A program made the position numbers and the translations under genes. From positions 31,620,001 through 31,684,000 of the forward strand of contig CM022672.1 in assembly GCA_012295275.1 (NCBI GenBank): 64,000 bases of DNA. Reading direction: 5' to 3'. The DNA comes from Chrysomallon squamiferum (Eukaryota > Animalia > Mollusca). Under the pieces are notes generated by a model. That model saw only the letters and a program-made list of their open reading frames with translations. It did not search any database and was not told the DNA's origin. Each line of letters opens with the position of its first letter. The stretch's first letter is position 1. Shown here piece after piece: positions 37,958 to 53,355 of the stretch.

Positions 37958-39585
37958 CACCCAAAGATTAAAAACCCCAAAAACTAAATTACCATTTGGA
38001 CAAGTTCAATTTTTCATTACTACATGTAAATAATCAAATAAACAATATGGTGAGATATATAATCCATTCAAATAATTTACACACAGTATATTTTATTTTA
38101 TATTCATATTTATGCAGTACCAAACAATTAATATCATGAGTGGATAAAGTATAATCATGAGTAGTAATAACAAGTGATCCACTTGGTAACTCATAATGAT
38201 TTATTCTGTAACCATAGAAACGTTAAATAAATACAAATGGATGCAGATAAAATTGAAATTAACCAGTCAAACCCAAAATAAAACAAACCAGTTTTTAATT
38301 AATTTTTCTACTCACCTTTGAAAAACATCTAAAGTTTTAATGTCAGTGCTTGCCATCCTGTAATTAAATAAATTAACAATTGAATAATTATGTAATTATT
38401 ATTAAGTTAACTCAGTTTTGTAATTATAATTAAATTAACGCTTTTTTTAGTTATTAATAAATTAACGTTTTTTGAAATTATTATTAAATTAACAGTTTTA
38501 TAATTATTATTAAATTGACAGTTTTTATAAATATTATTAAATTAATAGTTTTGTAATTATTATTAAATTAAAAGTTTTGTAATCATTATTAAATTAACAG
38601 TTTTGTAATTATTAATTTAACAGTTTTATAATTATTATTTAATTAACAGTTTTGTAATTATTAATTTAACAGTTTTATAATTACTGTAATATGTTCTTTT
38701 TATTACACAGGTATTGTTTACAAGAAGTATCAGGTGCTTAATTAAAATAATCTGTTTGGCTATTATTTATTATGAGAAAATTTTAAATAAGATTAATTTA
38801 ATTATTTTATTATAACCTGACAAAATGCTTACCTGTATTATATTTTGGTTCATATTTTATGATATGAAAACATGATTTTTATTTTTTGTTTTGTTTTTCA
38901 TGATTTTGTTTATTTTTATTCTTGTTTCAAATTACCTTTTTTATTTTTAATATTTAAAAAAAAAATTTCTTTTAGTTTGTTTATTCTTCTTTTTTAAATT
39001 TTTACTTTTTTTATTTTTTTTTTTTTTTTTTTTTTTTATGATCTTATAATTTTATTCATGTCTTAAATATTTTAATTCTAATGTTGCCAAGGACAGATAA
39101 GAAACAATGAAGGATTCAGTGTGTTAATTAGTGTGTCAATTAGTGTGATAATTAGTGTGTTAATTAGCGTGTTAATGAGAAAACAATGAAGTGAGGAAGC
39201 TAGGTTTGTTCTGACCTCCAGTCTATGTTCATCCTCAGGGAATTCTGTGTGTTTCTGCTGATGGTGACAACAAATCCGTGGATTCCTCTGTACACGTGAT
39301 GGTTGTCCTGGTAAGCCACACCCACCCAGTTTCCTAGAATCTGTAAAACAGTGAAGTGAAATTTTAAAATAAATTTGGAAAAAAAAAAAATAAAATATCT
39401 GTTATAAGAGAACAAAAGTATTAATCTACGTTTTTGTACTGTTACATACATATAAACAGATATACATCAAACTTAATGACACACACACACACACACAAAT
39501 ATATATTAAACATAAACACACACACACACAACCACAAACAAATATACATCAAACATAAACACACACACACACAAATATACATCAG

Positions 39586-39620
<35 letters not shown>

Positions 39621-39819
39621 AAAATACATCAGATAAACAAATATATCAAAATAAATGCACAAATATACATCAAACATAAACACACAGACATACAAATATA
39701 CATCAAACATAAACACATGTACACACAAACACAAATTTACATCAAACAAAAAATACATCCAACATTGTATAAAAAATACATCCAATAGTGTTTGTGTGTG
39801 TATGCATGTATGAGTGTGT

Positions 39820-39853
<34 letters not shown>

Positions 39854-40087
39854 TGTGTGTGTGTGTAAAACAGGTCAATACACAACTTTTTGTTTAAATG
39901 ACTTACTTCAATTTCCTTGAAGTGATTAACCACACTCATGTTAGACAGAAACGCACACCTCTTCATAGGATCTGAAAACATGAAAAAACAACATAAACTT
40001 CATTACTGAAAATAAAACTATTTACATATTTAAATCTATTGTTAATTTATAATTTAAAAAATATATATATATATATGAAATAATGAA

Positions 40088-40118
<31 letters not shown>

Positions 40119-41681
40119 AAAGATAAATAAATAAATAAATAAAAAAGTAAAAAAATAAAAAGATAAATAAATAAATAAAACAATAAATAAATAAAATAAA
40201 ATAAAATAAAATAAAATAAATAAACAAACTATCTATGATTAGTTTTTGGATATACTGGTTGATATTCCAAATTCACATAACAGTCACTCTCATTGGATAA
40301 CCTGAATGACCAATCAGAAACATTGATACATATTCTCTAGATATAACACTTGTTACTACTGGTTACATAACTCTCATTCCCTATGTGATATTAGCAGCAA
40401 CCATTCAAGAAATTTGCACCTTCCATCAAGACACATCTTGATAATTTGTTATATAATCTTAATCATAAGAAATATCCATCTTAATGGAACTTACACCCGC
40501 ACTCTAAATATAACATTCTTCACCATTGGTTACCACACTTTTGTTTGTAGCCAATCATAACACAGATTACACATTCACAGAATGTAACGGTGTTTATTAT
40601 TGGTTAAGTGACTTTTGCCATTAACTGTGTTTCATCAGAATGAAGATACTGAATATCAGAAAACAGAGAAGAGTGATTCAGTTTGTATTTCTTGGTTCTG
40701 TATTAAAATTCATTCTGTTATGTAATGAAAACATAGACAGACGTAGAAATCACTTCAGCACTAAAAGGGTTAAAGATTATGCAATTCCCTGCACACTGAC
40801 AAATGAAGACATTACTTTGGCATTTAAAGGGTTAAAACTTTATGAAGTTCTCTGCAGTGAAACAGACAGTCAGGTGAAGAAATCAACTCAGCACTGAAAG
40901 GTTTAAAGTGATGGTCACTCACTTATTGTGCTGCCAACAGCCTCAGTTTCATCAGTGGACCCGGAAAACAAAGCATCACTGCAGTCGACTGTAAAGAAAA
41001 AAATAAAGATAAAGAGACAAAGACAGTGAGACAGAGAGAAGAAAGACAGATAGACAGATAGGTAGAAAGACAGATAGAAAAACAGATGGGTAGATAGACA
41101 GAAAGACAGGTATATAGACTGACAGACAGACAGACACACACAGACAGAAACAGACAGACAGACAGAGAGATAGAAGAATATTTACACAAACCAGTACATA
41201 TAAAAAGAGCAAAACAACCTTAAAACAAATAAATTCATGGATAAATTCTATGATAAGTTAAAAAAAAACAAAAAAAACCGTTTATATGTGTTAACGTCGA
41301 CCTTCTTGTTTGGTGTCTATCAGGTGATCTGGATCGAGACAAACGAGGGACATCAAGTCAGGAATCAGTTTTTCAAACAAGAGACAGCATTTGACCTCCA
41401 AACCGGTTTGCAGGCTCCGGCCTAAAAAGATGTAAACAATCATGTAACAAATAAATTCATGGTGCAGAATCTTGAATGAAACTGAAATAAAAAATAAATA
41501 AATAGTTTGTGTGTGTATAACGAGTAGTACATTCTTGTGCCATCGTGTCTGCAGAATCTTGAATGAAACTGAAATAAATAAATAAATAAATAAATAAATA
41601 AAAGTGCGTGTGTGTCTGTATAACACGAGTAATACATGAGAAACGTGCCATCGTAGTGCAGAATCTTGAATGAAACTGAAA

Positions 41682-41712
<31 letters not shown>

Positions 41713-41907
41713 AAGTGCGTGTGTGTCTGTATAACACGAGTAATACATGAGAAACGTGCCATCATAGTGCAGAATCTTGAATGAAACTGAAATTAAAAAT
41801 AGACATAGATAATAAATAAATAAATAAATAAATAAATAGAAGTGTATGTTTCTGTGTCTAGGGTGCTTGTAAGTGTTTCTTTAGACAGATGGACATAGAG
41901 ATAAATA

Positions 41908-41963
<56 letters not shown>

Positions 41964-43250
41964 CTGACATTGTGTGATTGTATTAGTTTGTGTGTGTTTC
42001 TGTGCATGTGTATATTTATATGTGTGTGTTAGTATTTGTGTGAGTGTGTGTTAGTTTTGTGTTTAGGTGAATGTATGTTTGTGTATGTGTATGTGTATTT
42101 CTGCATAGTATGTGTGTGTGTGTGTGTATATATGTGTATGTATGTGTGTGTGTATGTATGCATAAGTGTGTTTGTATATGGTTGTATGTGTATGTATGTA
42201 TGTGTGTGTACATATGTAAATATGTGTCTCTGTATGTATATGTGTGGGTGTTTATATGTATGTACGTTTGTGTATATGTCTGTATGTACATAGATATGTG
42301 TATATATGTATGTATGTATGGATATATGGATGTAGGTTTGTATGTGTGTGTATATGTGTTCTGTGTGTCTGTGTGTGTGTCTGTGTATATGTGTGTGTGT
42401 ATGTGTGTATGTATGTATGTGTGTCTTTGTGTGTCTGTGTATGTGTGTGTGTGTGTCTATGTGTGTGTGTCTGTGTGTATGTAGGTGTGTTTGTCTGTAT
42501 GTGTGTGTGTCTCTGTGTGTGTGTAGGTGTGTCTGTGTGTGTATGTAGGTGTTTGTCTGTATGTGTGTGTGTCTCTGTGTGTGTGTGTATGTGTTTGTAT
42601 GTGTGTCTGTGTGTGTGTGTCTGTGTCTGTGTGTGTGTGTGTGTATGTGTACGTCTGTGTGTGTATCTGTGTCTGTGTGTATGTGTGTCTGTGTGTGTAT
42701 CTGTGTCTGTGTGTATGTGTGTATGTGTGTCTGTGTATGTGTCTGTGTGTCTGTTTACTTACTCCAGGGGTAGTCACTCTTCATTCCACCGATTCGTCCC
42801 AGTATGGCCGTCTGGTTTTTTGTGGGGTCAGTTTTAGTCAGCGACTTTATTGGTGGCATTTGGCATTTCCCATCTCTGAAACATCATTGATTATCTTTAT
42901 ACTGTGTGTGAACCCATTTTCATGTTAGATTAGGAGAGAGAGAATCTGAATTTTTCTACACACAAGACAGCAGCAAGGCATCTTTTACATTTCAGCAGCA
43001 AGAAAAGAACATATTTTGTATATTAATCCAAAACGTTCATGAATAGATGATGTTAATTACTGCCGAAAATTCCATAAATGACAGAAGAATGTGGAAGAGC
43101 AGAAGTTGGAACAGGTAAAAAGCAAATGGAGCCGCTGAAGAGAAGTGAGCCTTATAACTCAGCATTAGTGATAAATATAATCATTCCATGTTGACAGTCC
43201 TCTATGTGTCAGATTTTAAAACACAGGAAGTAATTAGTTTGTTGTAAAAG

Positions 43251-43298
<48 letters not shown>

Positions 43299-43302
43299 TT
43301 TA

Positions 43303-43363
<61 letters not shown>

Positions 43364-43367
43364 TTTA

Positions 43368-43398
<31 letters not shown>

Positions 43399-43428
43399 TT
43401 TATATTATTATTATTATTATTATTATTA

Positions 43429-43468
<40 letters not shown>

Positions 43469-45069
43469 TTTAATGTAGATGTAAATAACTCAAATTGATA
43501 TACTTCTTAATCTTTTAAGATTAAGTAAATGCAAGGAGTAAACTGGAAATTTCTAAGTTGGTTGTAAAGATAATTAAAATGCTGTTTTCTTTAAGGTAGA
43601 TTTATTTTTATTATAATACTTGAGACAACTTGAGAATAAACCTGAAGTCATGACTTCATGACTTACTCTTCCTGATTATGTCACAAAGTACTAATCTCAC
43701 TAGGACTAATACCACCAAGTATTAATATCACTAAATACTTATGTCACGAAGCATTAATGTAACTATGGACTAATGTTACTAAGTACTCATGTTACTAAAT
43801 AGTAATGTTACTAACTACTAATGTTACTAATGCTACTAATGTTACTAATGTTACTAGGACTAATGTTACTAGGACTAATGTTACTATGACTAATGTTACT
43901 ATGACTAATGTTACTAGGACTAATACTACTAAGTACTGATGAGTAATACTAATATATAAGACTGACACTCACATTGATCCAGTGTAGACTCCGGTGAGCA
44001 TTTTGAGCTTTGAGTCGTAGGTGTGGTGGATCACAACAGACTCCATTTTGTTGAAGGTGAATCTTGTCCTGGCCAACTCGTACCAGTGTCCTGACATCTG
44101 AAATAAAAATTTAAAATTTTAAAAAATGTAAATAGACAAATTATTTTCAACAAATGTCACATTTTTTAAAAAGCTTAATTAATATTGTCTGAACAGATAT
44201 CAAAAAAAAAAAAATTAATAATAAAAAAAATAATAATAAATTTAAGAAAAAAAAAAAGAAAAATCATTGGAAACTATTGAATTGAAAAATGTATTTGAAA
44301 ATATTGCAGTTTTAAAAATAATTATTATTTGAATCAAATTGTTCTTGTGTATGAAGAAAATTAAAGAAAACTGATATTAATTAATATATTCTTAAACAGT
44401 CTGATAAGAAAAATATGAATATTTCTGGATCATAAACACACAAATCTTATATTATTATTTTTTTTATTTTTTATATATAATCCTATCTAATCCTAGCTTC
44501 ACAAACTTAAAAACAAAGAGTAGTATCACTGAAACATATAATACATATGAAATATTTTATATAATATATATACATATAATACTTATGTTTATGGACTATA
44601 GAGTTTATAGAACACTAACCTGTATAAGATCCATCTTAGGAGCTGTTTTCAGTTCATCCACAATGCACTTGGAGGCTGCAGTTAAATGGTTGACAACTGA
44701 AAATTATAAATCATATTATGAGAATATGTTTTAGACAGACAGACAGAGCAACAGACAGACAGACAGATGAGAGACAGACAGACGAGACAGACAAAGTGAC
44801 AGACAGACAGAGCAACAGACAAACAGACAGAGAGAAAGAGTGACAGATAGATCGGCAGAAAGACAGACAGACAGACAGAGTGACAGACAGAAAAACAGAC
44901 AGACAGAGAATCATTTCTAGTTTACCTTTAGCTAACTCACTGGTAGGTTCTGCAGCAGCTTCTTTCAAAGTGGAAGGAATAGGACAGGAACCTGAAAGTA
45001 AGGAAATTAGTTTATTTTGTTATAAGTGATTTGTCATTTTACTAAAATCAAACATTTAACATCTCATGT

Positions 45070-45109
<40 letters not shown>

Positions 45110-46905
45110 GAGATGTGTTCTACTTATACAGGTTCATCATTTCAGTTACTTTCATCACCAGAACAGGAAAGGATTTTTATAGTAGTAGGTTTGATAATTC
45201 AGTGAAATGAGGAGCAGCAAGATTGGGAAAACAGTGGAACTGGCACAATAAGGAGATTTGAAAATGTGTACTGTATTCATTGAAACTGGTGCTATGTTAA
45301 CAAGAAATTCTGACATTTATGTGTAACTGGAAATATTGTTTTTTTTTCATAGTAGAATTTGTCTTTACTGACATTAGTATTTGGTTATATTAGTCCATAG
45401 TGTTATTTGTTCAGTGACATTAATCCATAGTGACATTAATACTTAGTGATATTAGTACTTATTGGCATTAGTACTTAGTGATAAGTCTTTAGTAACATTA
45501 GTACTTAGTGATATTAGTACTTAGTGAAAATAGTCCACAGTTACATTAATATATAGTAACATTAGTACTTAGTGACATTAGTACTTAGTATTATTAGTCC
45601 AGAGTGATATTAGTACTTAGTGTTTATTAGTACTTAGTGACATTGGTCATAGAGACATTAGTACATAGTGATATTAGTACTTAGTATATTAGTACTTAGT
45701 GATATTAGTACTTAGTGATATTAGTACTTAGTGACTATGGTAAAAGTAGACATGTACTGGACCAATGTCACAACTGAACATAGTGAATCTTCTAAGCAGT
45801 AAACTAAAGACACAGGAAAAGAAATTAGTGACAGTCACAGCAGTCACTAAAACATTCATCAGACTAGAGACAGCACCGAGGGAGGGGATCTGTCTGAAAC
45901 CACGCCTATGATATATAACTAAATACCTGTAAAGGTGGAGACCTGGGAGGTGTCGATACACCCAACGTCTGCCAGTGACATGAGCTCATCCAGTCTGCTG
46001 TCACTAATTACTTTGTCACTTTTGGTTGATATGGTAACGTACTGCTCTCCATGATGGCACGTTCCGTAACACACAAAGAGCACCGCCTCAGTTTCGTAGT
46101 CTGTGTGCAGAATCTTCAAATAAGCTGTGAGAAAAAATATATAAATAAACAACAACAGCAACAACAACAGTAATAATCACAGTAATAATATTAATAATGT
46201 AATAATAATAATAATATTAATAATATTAATAATAACGATAATGATGATAATAACAGTAATAATAATAATAATAATCATACTCATAATAATAATCATAATA
46301 ATAATAATGATAATAGTAATAATAAAAAATAACAATAATAATAATAATAATAATAATAGTAATAATAATAAAACATAACAACAACAATAATAATATTAAT
46401 AGTAATAATATTAATAATAATAATAATAATAATATTAATATAAATATTAATAAAAATAGTATTAATTATTTAATTAATATTATCAAAATAAATAATCATC
46501 ACTTTTCCTTCCTATAATATAACTTCAAATAAGCTTTTATGAAAATAATTTTAAAAAGATATACATACACATAAACACATATATACAAACATACTTATTT
46601 TTCTTGTTGTTGTTGCAGTTGTTGTGATTGTTGTTGTTGTTGTTGTTATTATTATTATTATTATTATTGTTATTGTTATTGTTATTATTATTATTGCTAT
46701 ATTATTATCATTTTTATTATCAATATTATTATTATTATTATTATTATTACTATTATTATTATTATTATTTTTATCATTATTATTATAATTATTATTATTT
46801 TATTATTATCCTTATTATTATTATTATTATTATTATTAATATTTTTATTTTTATCATTATTATTATTATTATTATTATTATTTATTATCCTTATCATCAG
46901 CATCA

Positions 46906-46942
<37 letters not shown>

Positions 46943-48201
46943 TACTACTGCTACTATTATTGTTTTGATTTACTTCAGTTTTGTAATAATTACAGACCGT
47001 ATTAAAATTTATTAACATGTATTTACATTATTCACAAAATAATTATTATTTACGTATGAAAGCTGCCCTAACATTAACACAACCTCAAGTGAAAATTGTA
47101 ACTACATCGTCAACAACGATGTGACTGACCTGTAGATGATTTCCAGAGGTTGGTGTAGTCGCCTGTTTCTTTCTGCTGCGTGTACGCAACAAACGTTGGT
47201 GTTGTGCATTCATCTGATGATGTGCTGAGAAATTAAAAAATTAAAAATAACTTGTACAGTAAACAACAGAGAATCATCCATGCATATATGATCAATTTTT
47301 TATATATATATATAAATAATTGCATATACACTACTTATACAATAAGTATTATTAGAGTAACATAATACACTACATGTGCAATAAATAATATAACATGGAT
47401 AATACACATACAATAAATAATATTTAATATATGTATGTAGAGAGAGAGAGATCTGCTATAAGTTTATCCAAAAAACCCATTATACAACAAACCTGTCTAT
47501 AATCTGTTTACTTTCTTGTTTTGCATATACAACTTTTGTCAATCAATACCTTCTTTATTAACTAGTTTTTTTATTTTCACAAATACATTTTATAAAAACT
47601 TATATTTCAATTTTTGATGCCTTTAAAATTCTACACTGAAAAATTACAACAGTACCGTGAATAGTTTTTGGTTCCAGTGAATTCTGTTTCACTGTGAACA
47701 AAACTATTTTCAGTACAGTTATAACAATGGAACGTGTGACTGAAGGCCAGATAAAGTTCTCTTGTGAAACTGTTTACTGAACTCACGGAGACAAAGAGAA
47801 GATTGAGGTGAAAACTCCATCTTTGTTGACAGTGAAGTAAGTTGTCAGTTTGGACGACTTGGGCTTTCTGCCAATGTACCTGAGTGTGGTCCATTCTCCT
47901 GTGAACTGTAACGTGTGCATAATAAATACTTTATATATCTACGTAAGACACACAAACATACCTAAAACTCGGACACACAGACAATGTCCTATAAAGACAC
48001 ACACACACACACACACACATACATACATACATACACACAGTAACAATACATACGTACATAACACACACATACATAAAACAAATATACATACATACACAAA
48101 CACACATATACACAGTAACTACATATACACATTTATATACACAGATACATATACATACATACACACACATATATAAAACAAATATATATAAACATAAAAC
48201 A

Positions 48202-48245
<44 letters not shown>

Positions 48246-48676
48246 TAAAACAAATAGAAATATACACACAAACTTCACACAGGCCAGCAGACACACACAC
48301 ACATAAAAAGATAAACAACACAAAACAGAAACACACACACCCCACTCACACATACATACACACAGACAACAAATGCCTTTTTTTCCAGTGCCAGAAAATT
48401 GCATGTTTCATGTATACAGTAAGTGTAAGAACATTAGACATATACAACGTGCATCCGTCATTACATACTGATAGACTGACACAAAGTTAAATGATTTTTT
48501 ACCTTCACAGGATCAAAGTTTGGTTGGACAGAAATGACTTGAGGTAGGCAGGTCATTTCAGCAAAACCTAAAAAACAAAATAAAAAAATAAATTAAAGAA
48601 AGGAAAAAAACAAAACAAACATATGTGTTCAAGTTCAATAGATACAAGACCAGACCTAACAGTACATAGACACACA

Positions 48677-48722
<46 letters not shown>

Positions 48723-48856
48723 AATACTTATATATAGATTATAGATATATATATACATACATACATACATTCATACATAAATACATACATACATATCTAT
48801 ATATATATATACATATATAGATAGATAGATAGATAGATAGATATAGACATACACAC

Positions 48857-48887
<31 letters not shown>

Positions 48888-51800
48888 GATAGATATAGAC
48901 ATACACACATATATATATATATATATATATATTTGTTTCTGTTTTCATAGATTTTGCTATTTTTAATTATTTTTATTGTTGTTGCTGCTGCTACTGCTGT
49001 TGTTGTTGAGGTTCCTGTACTTATTATTATTTATATATATTCAGTACTTTGATGGATTTCATATGTTAAAAGGAGCAAAACAAAAATGATTCAAAATTTA
49101 TTTTAAGGGTTTTTTTTAGTAATCTTTATAAAGATAAAAAAAAGAATTTATTGATTTTGAAAAATGTTCACCTTTTGCTTAAACCAAGTTTTAATTCTTA
49201 GAATCAAGAAAGGTTTAAAAAATCATTTTAATCAAAGAAAGTAATGAGATTTATTTTTTTTTTTACTTTTAATTTTGTTTACCTGTTTTGATATCTCCAT
49301 TTTTGGCTATTTCTATGTATTTAGCTGGAACCTTACACTGTTCTGAAACACAAAACATAAAATATTATTTGTTTCAAGTATACAGATTTATAAAAAGAAA
49401 AAATATTTATACAAATAAATAAATAAATAAGTAAATAATATAAAATAAATACATGAACACATGAATGAATAATAAATAAATAAAAACGTAAATAAATAAA
49501 TAAATACATGAATAAATAAATAATTAAGTAAATAATATAAAATAATACATGAATACCTGAATGAATAAATAAATAAATAAAAATGTAAATAAATAAAATA
49601 AATTAATACATGAATACATGAATGAATGAATAAATAAAAATAACTGCAATTACCACAAGCACTGTAATATTTACTAATACTACAACTATAAATATTCTAA
49701 TGCTGTAAGAGCTGCTACTACAACTAATGCTATACCAACAACTACTACTGTAACTATAATACTTTTGCAACAGCTAAAAGTGTGCTAGCTACTACTTCTA
49801 CAACTACTGCAAATACTATAACAGCTACAATAATTATTCTTAATTAAAATAATTACTATAATTAATTCAGTACTAGTAATACTAATACTAACCCTATAAT
49901 AGCTATTACAACTACTGCAACTACTACTATAACTACTATTACCACTGCTATTACTACACTGCTAGTACCAAATGTGTTACTGCAGCTACTACAACAACTA
50001 CTATTACAACTCCTATTACTAAACTGCTACTACCACTATTATTACTACAACAGCTATTACTGCAACTACTACAACTTCCACTACCACTACAATTGCAACT
50101 ACTTACTTCTACCACTACTATTACTACAACTATTACCACTACAACTACTACCACTACAGTTACAACTACTTACTACAACCACTACTACTATTACTACAAC
50201 AACCACTACTACAACCACTACAACTACTACCACTACAACTACTACAACTGCTACTACCACTACAATTACAACTACTTACTACAACTACTACAACTACTAC
50301 TACCACTACAATTACAACTACTACAACTACTACTACCACTACAATTACAACTACTTACTACAACTACTACAACCACTACTACTACCAATACAACCACTAC
50401 AACTACTACAACCACTACTACTACTACTACAACTATAACCACTACAACATACCCTGTTTCACAGTGTTGAGCAGTGAAGAGTTCAGACAAACGGAGACTG
50501 ATTTCAGTTTTAACTTTCTCAGTTTCTCGTCAGATATGACGTCAGATCGTGTGAGAATTTGAAAACTGAGAGAGGCGGGATAGCACGTTCCATCTTTCTT
50601 TGTCTCGTAGCAAGTGTAAGTCACCAGCTCAGAGTCTGTGCTGTACAGAACTTTAAAATAAACTGAAAAAATATAAAATAAAATTAAAATAATAAAACAG
50701 CATTAGTTAATGAAATGTTTAGATCTGGACCAAATCAGTCAGTCCTGACACCCCCCCCCATAGTTGTTTTGTTACTATCAGTAGGGGGGGGGGTAGTCTG
50801 AAATGAAGGGTTGTTAGAGGGTTTGGTGAGAAATGAAGTGATGTGTAGATTCTAAATTTAAAAAAAAAAAAATTTTATTTGAGCTATTTAAAAAAATAAA
50901 AAAATAAATAAATAAAGAATAAAAAGTAATAACAAAAGTAAAAAAATAATTTTTACCGTAAAACTGACATGGGAAATGAAATAATTAATATTAGCTGTCC
51001 TAAAAAAAATGTCAAGTGTTCTTTCTTATTTTTTATTTTTTTGTTTTAATTTTTGAGGGGGTATAGGGAATTTTTCTGATTTTGGATTATGAATAAAATC
51101 TAAGTTTTGCCACAAAATCCGTTTATATTTCATATTACAGACAGATCAGTTATAGAGAGAGACTGCTGGTTATTTAGAATATTTTAAAAATAATTTTATG
51201 TAAGAAATTATAGTTTTTCTAAGTTAATCTAACTGAAAACTGTATAATTATTTTGCTTACTGAAAAAAAGAAAAAGGTTTTGGGTTTCAGAATTGTCGAT
51301 AAGTGGTTCTCAAAAAATATGGATTAGTAACACATATTCTATTTAATATTAGTCAGTCACTTATAGGTGTTTTCACAGAAATTTATTTTGAAAAGAAAAT
51401 GGCTGACAGTCCCAGAATATCGTCTCATTTGCTGATGCCTTGAAAATATATAAAATATTTCAATATTTATGTTAATTTTTATTACTTTATTGCATATGCA
51501 AGACACATACATACACACACACACACAAACGTTACACATATTTACACATACACAAAAATATACACAGAAAACATGCACACACACACACACACACACACAC
51601 AGACAGACACACACACACTGACACACACAAAAAAAACTACATGTTGATGAAAATATATGCAAGGATTGTATTTTCTGTAAATTAAATTTTCAAAGTAATT
51701 AACTAATGTTAAAAAAATAGATGTGTAATTTATCGGTGTTCTTGTTTTTTGTTCCTTTAAAATATACACATATGTAAACATATACAAAATATACACAGAA

Positions 51801-52273
51801 ACACACACATACACATACAGACACACACAAAAACACAAAAACACTGCAAAGAAAATTTTTATATATAAGTATCTTTAAGATTTCCTAAATTTCTATATTT
51901 AAGATTTACTAAATTTCTATATTTAAGATTTACTAAATTTCTATATTTAAGATTTCCTAAATTTCTATATTTAAGATTTACTAAATTTCTATATTTAAGA
52001 TTTCCTAAATAATTAACTAATGTTAAGTGTTGTTTACCTGTTTTCTTGTTTTTTATTCCTTTAAAATATCCGTCACTGATTTGTTCAAGTTTCAGAGCTG
52101 TCACATTTTTACACACCTCACTTCCAGAACTCGACTCACTGAAAAAAACAACAACACAAAGAGACCCTCATCACTCACACAGACATTTTTATTATCAACA
52201 AACCTTTCACCATTCCACTTGTAACAGAACAGGTAAATAACAGGTCTTACAATGCAAGCAGATAATAGTCAAA

Positions 52274-52316
<43 letters not shown>

Positions 52317-53189
52317 TAATAGTAAGAAGAACAATAATAATAATAATAAAAATAAGAATAAGAATAATAAGAACAAGAATAATAATAATAATAATAAAAT
52401 AATAATAATAATAATCATGATAATAAGAATAATAAGAACAACAAATATTATAATAATAATAATAAGAAGAACAACAACAACAACAACACCAACAATAATA
52501 ATAATAGTAAGAAGAAGAAGAGGAAGAAGAAGAAATAATTTGTAAATGACAAAGGTTCTTGGGAGCTTTTACAAAATTACTGATATATTAGTTAGCTATA
52601 AATTTGAAGTCATACACAAATTTTAAAATTAGTAAGATATTTCAATATTTTAATATATTTATCATTAACACATTTTAAATTATCAAAATTTATCAACACA
52701 TATTATGTCAGTAAACAAACATTAATATTAAAATGTGTTTATAAACAAATATTATTACTGAAATGTGTAAATAAGCAAACATTAATAAAATCTCACTTGT
52801 GCTGGTCAGAGAAGTAAACGATGCTGTTGTTGCTGTCACTGGTCACTTCAACTGTCTGTGGCCAGCTGGATGGATAACTGACCACAACATTCCACAACCC
52901 TTCAATCTGTGAGCAAACAAAGAAATAATTTTTAAAAAAAAGAAGATTTTATGGGAACTTTTACTCTTTTATTATGTAAATTTACTTATTTTAAATAAAA
53001 AGGTATTTCAATTAAGTATTTATATCTAACGGGTTTGATGAAATTACTGTTATGAAAATTAATAAAAGATTAATCTAATGTATCTTTATTAACAGTTTTA
53101 AAATTTCATCGTTCCTTTGTGTATCTTATTGTTGAAATAATCATCATTACCATCACTGTAAATTATCATTATGGTAATAATAAAAATTG

Positions 53190-53277
<88 letters not shown>

Positions 53278-53304
53278 TAATAATAATAAAAATAATTATA
53301 ATAA

Positions 53305-53355
<51 letters not shown>

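Noticed and set aside
42016-42760. Long Cys/Val-rich, His/Thr-rich, poly-Leu/Ile/Asn/Thr and ER-repeat ORFs throughout (also 4904, 37428, 46628, 49974, 53886, 55335, 62490)
   Set aside because: They are translations of (GT)n, (GA)n, (AAT)n, (ACT)n and (ATTT)n microsatellites in introns, with no coding signal.
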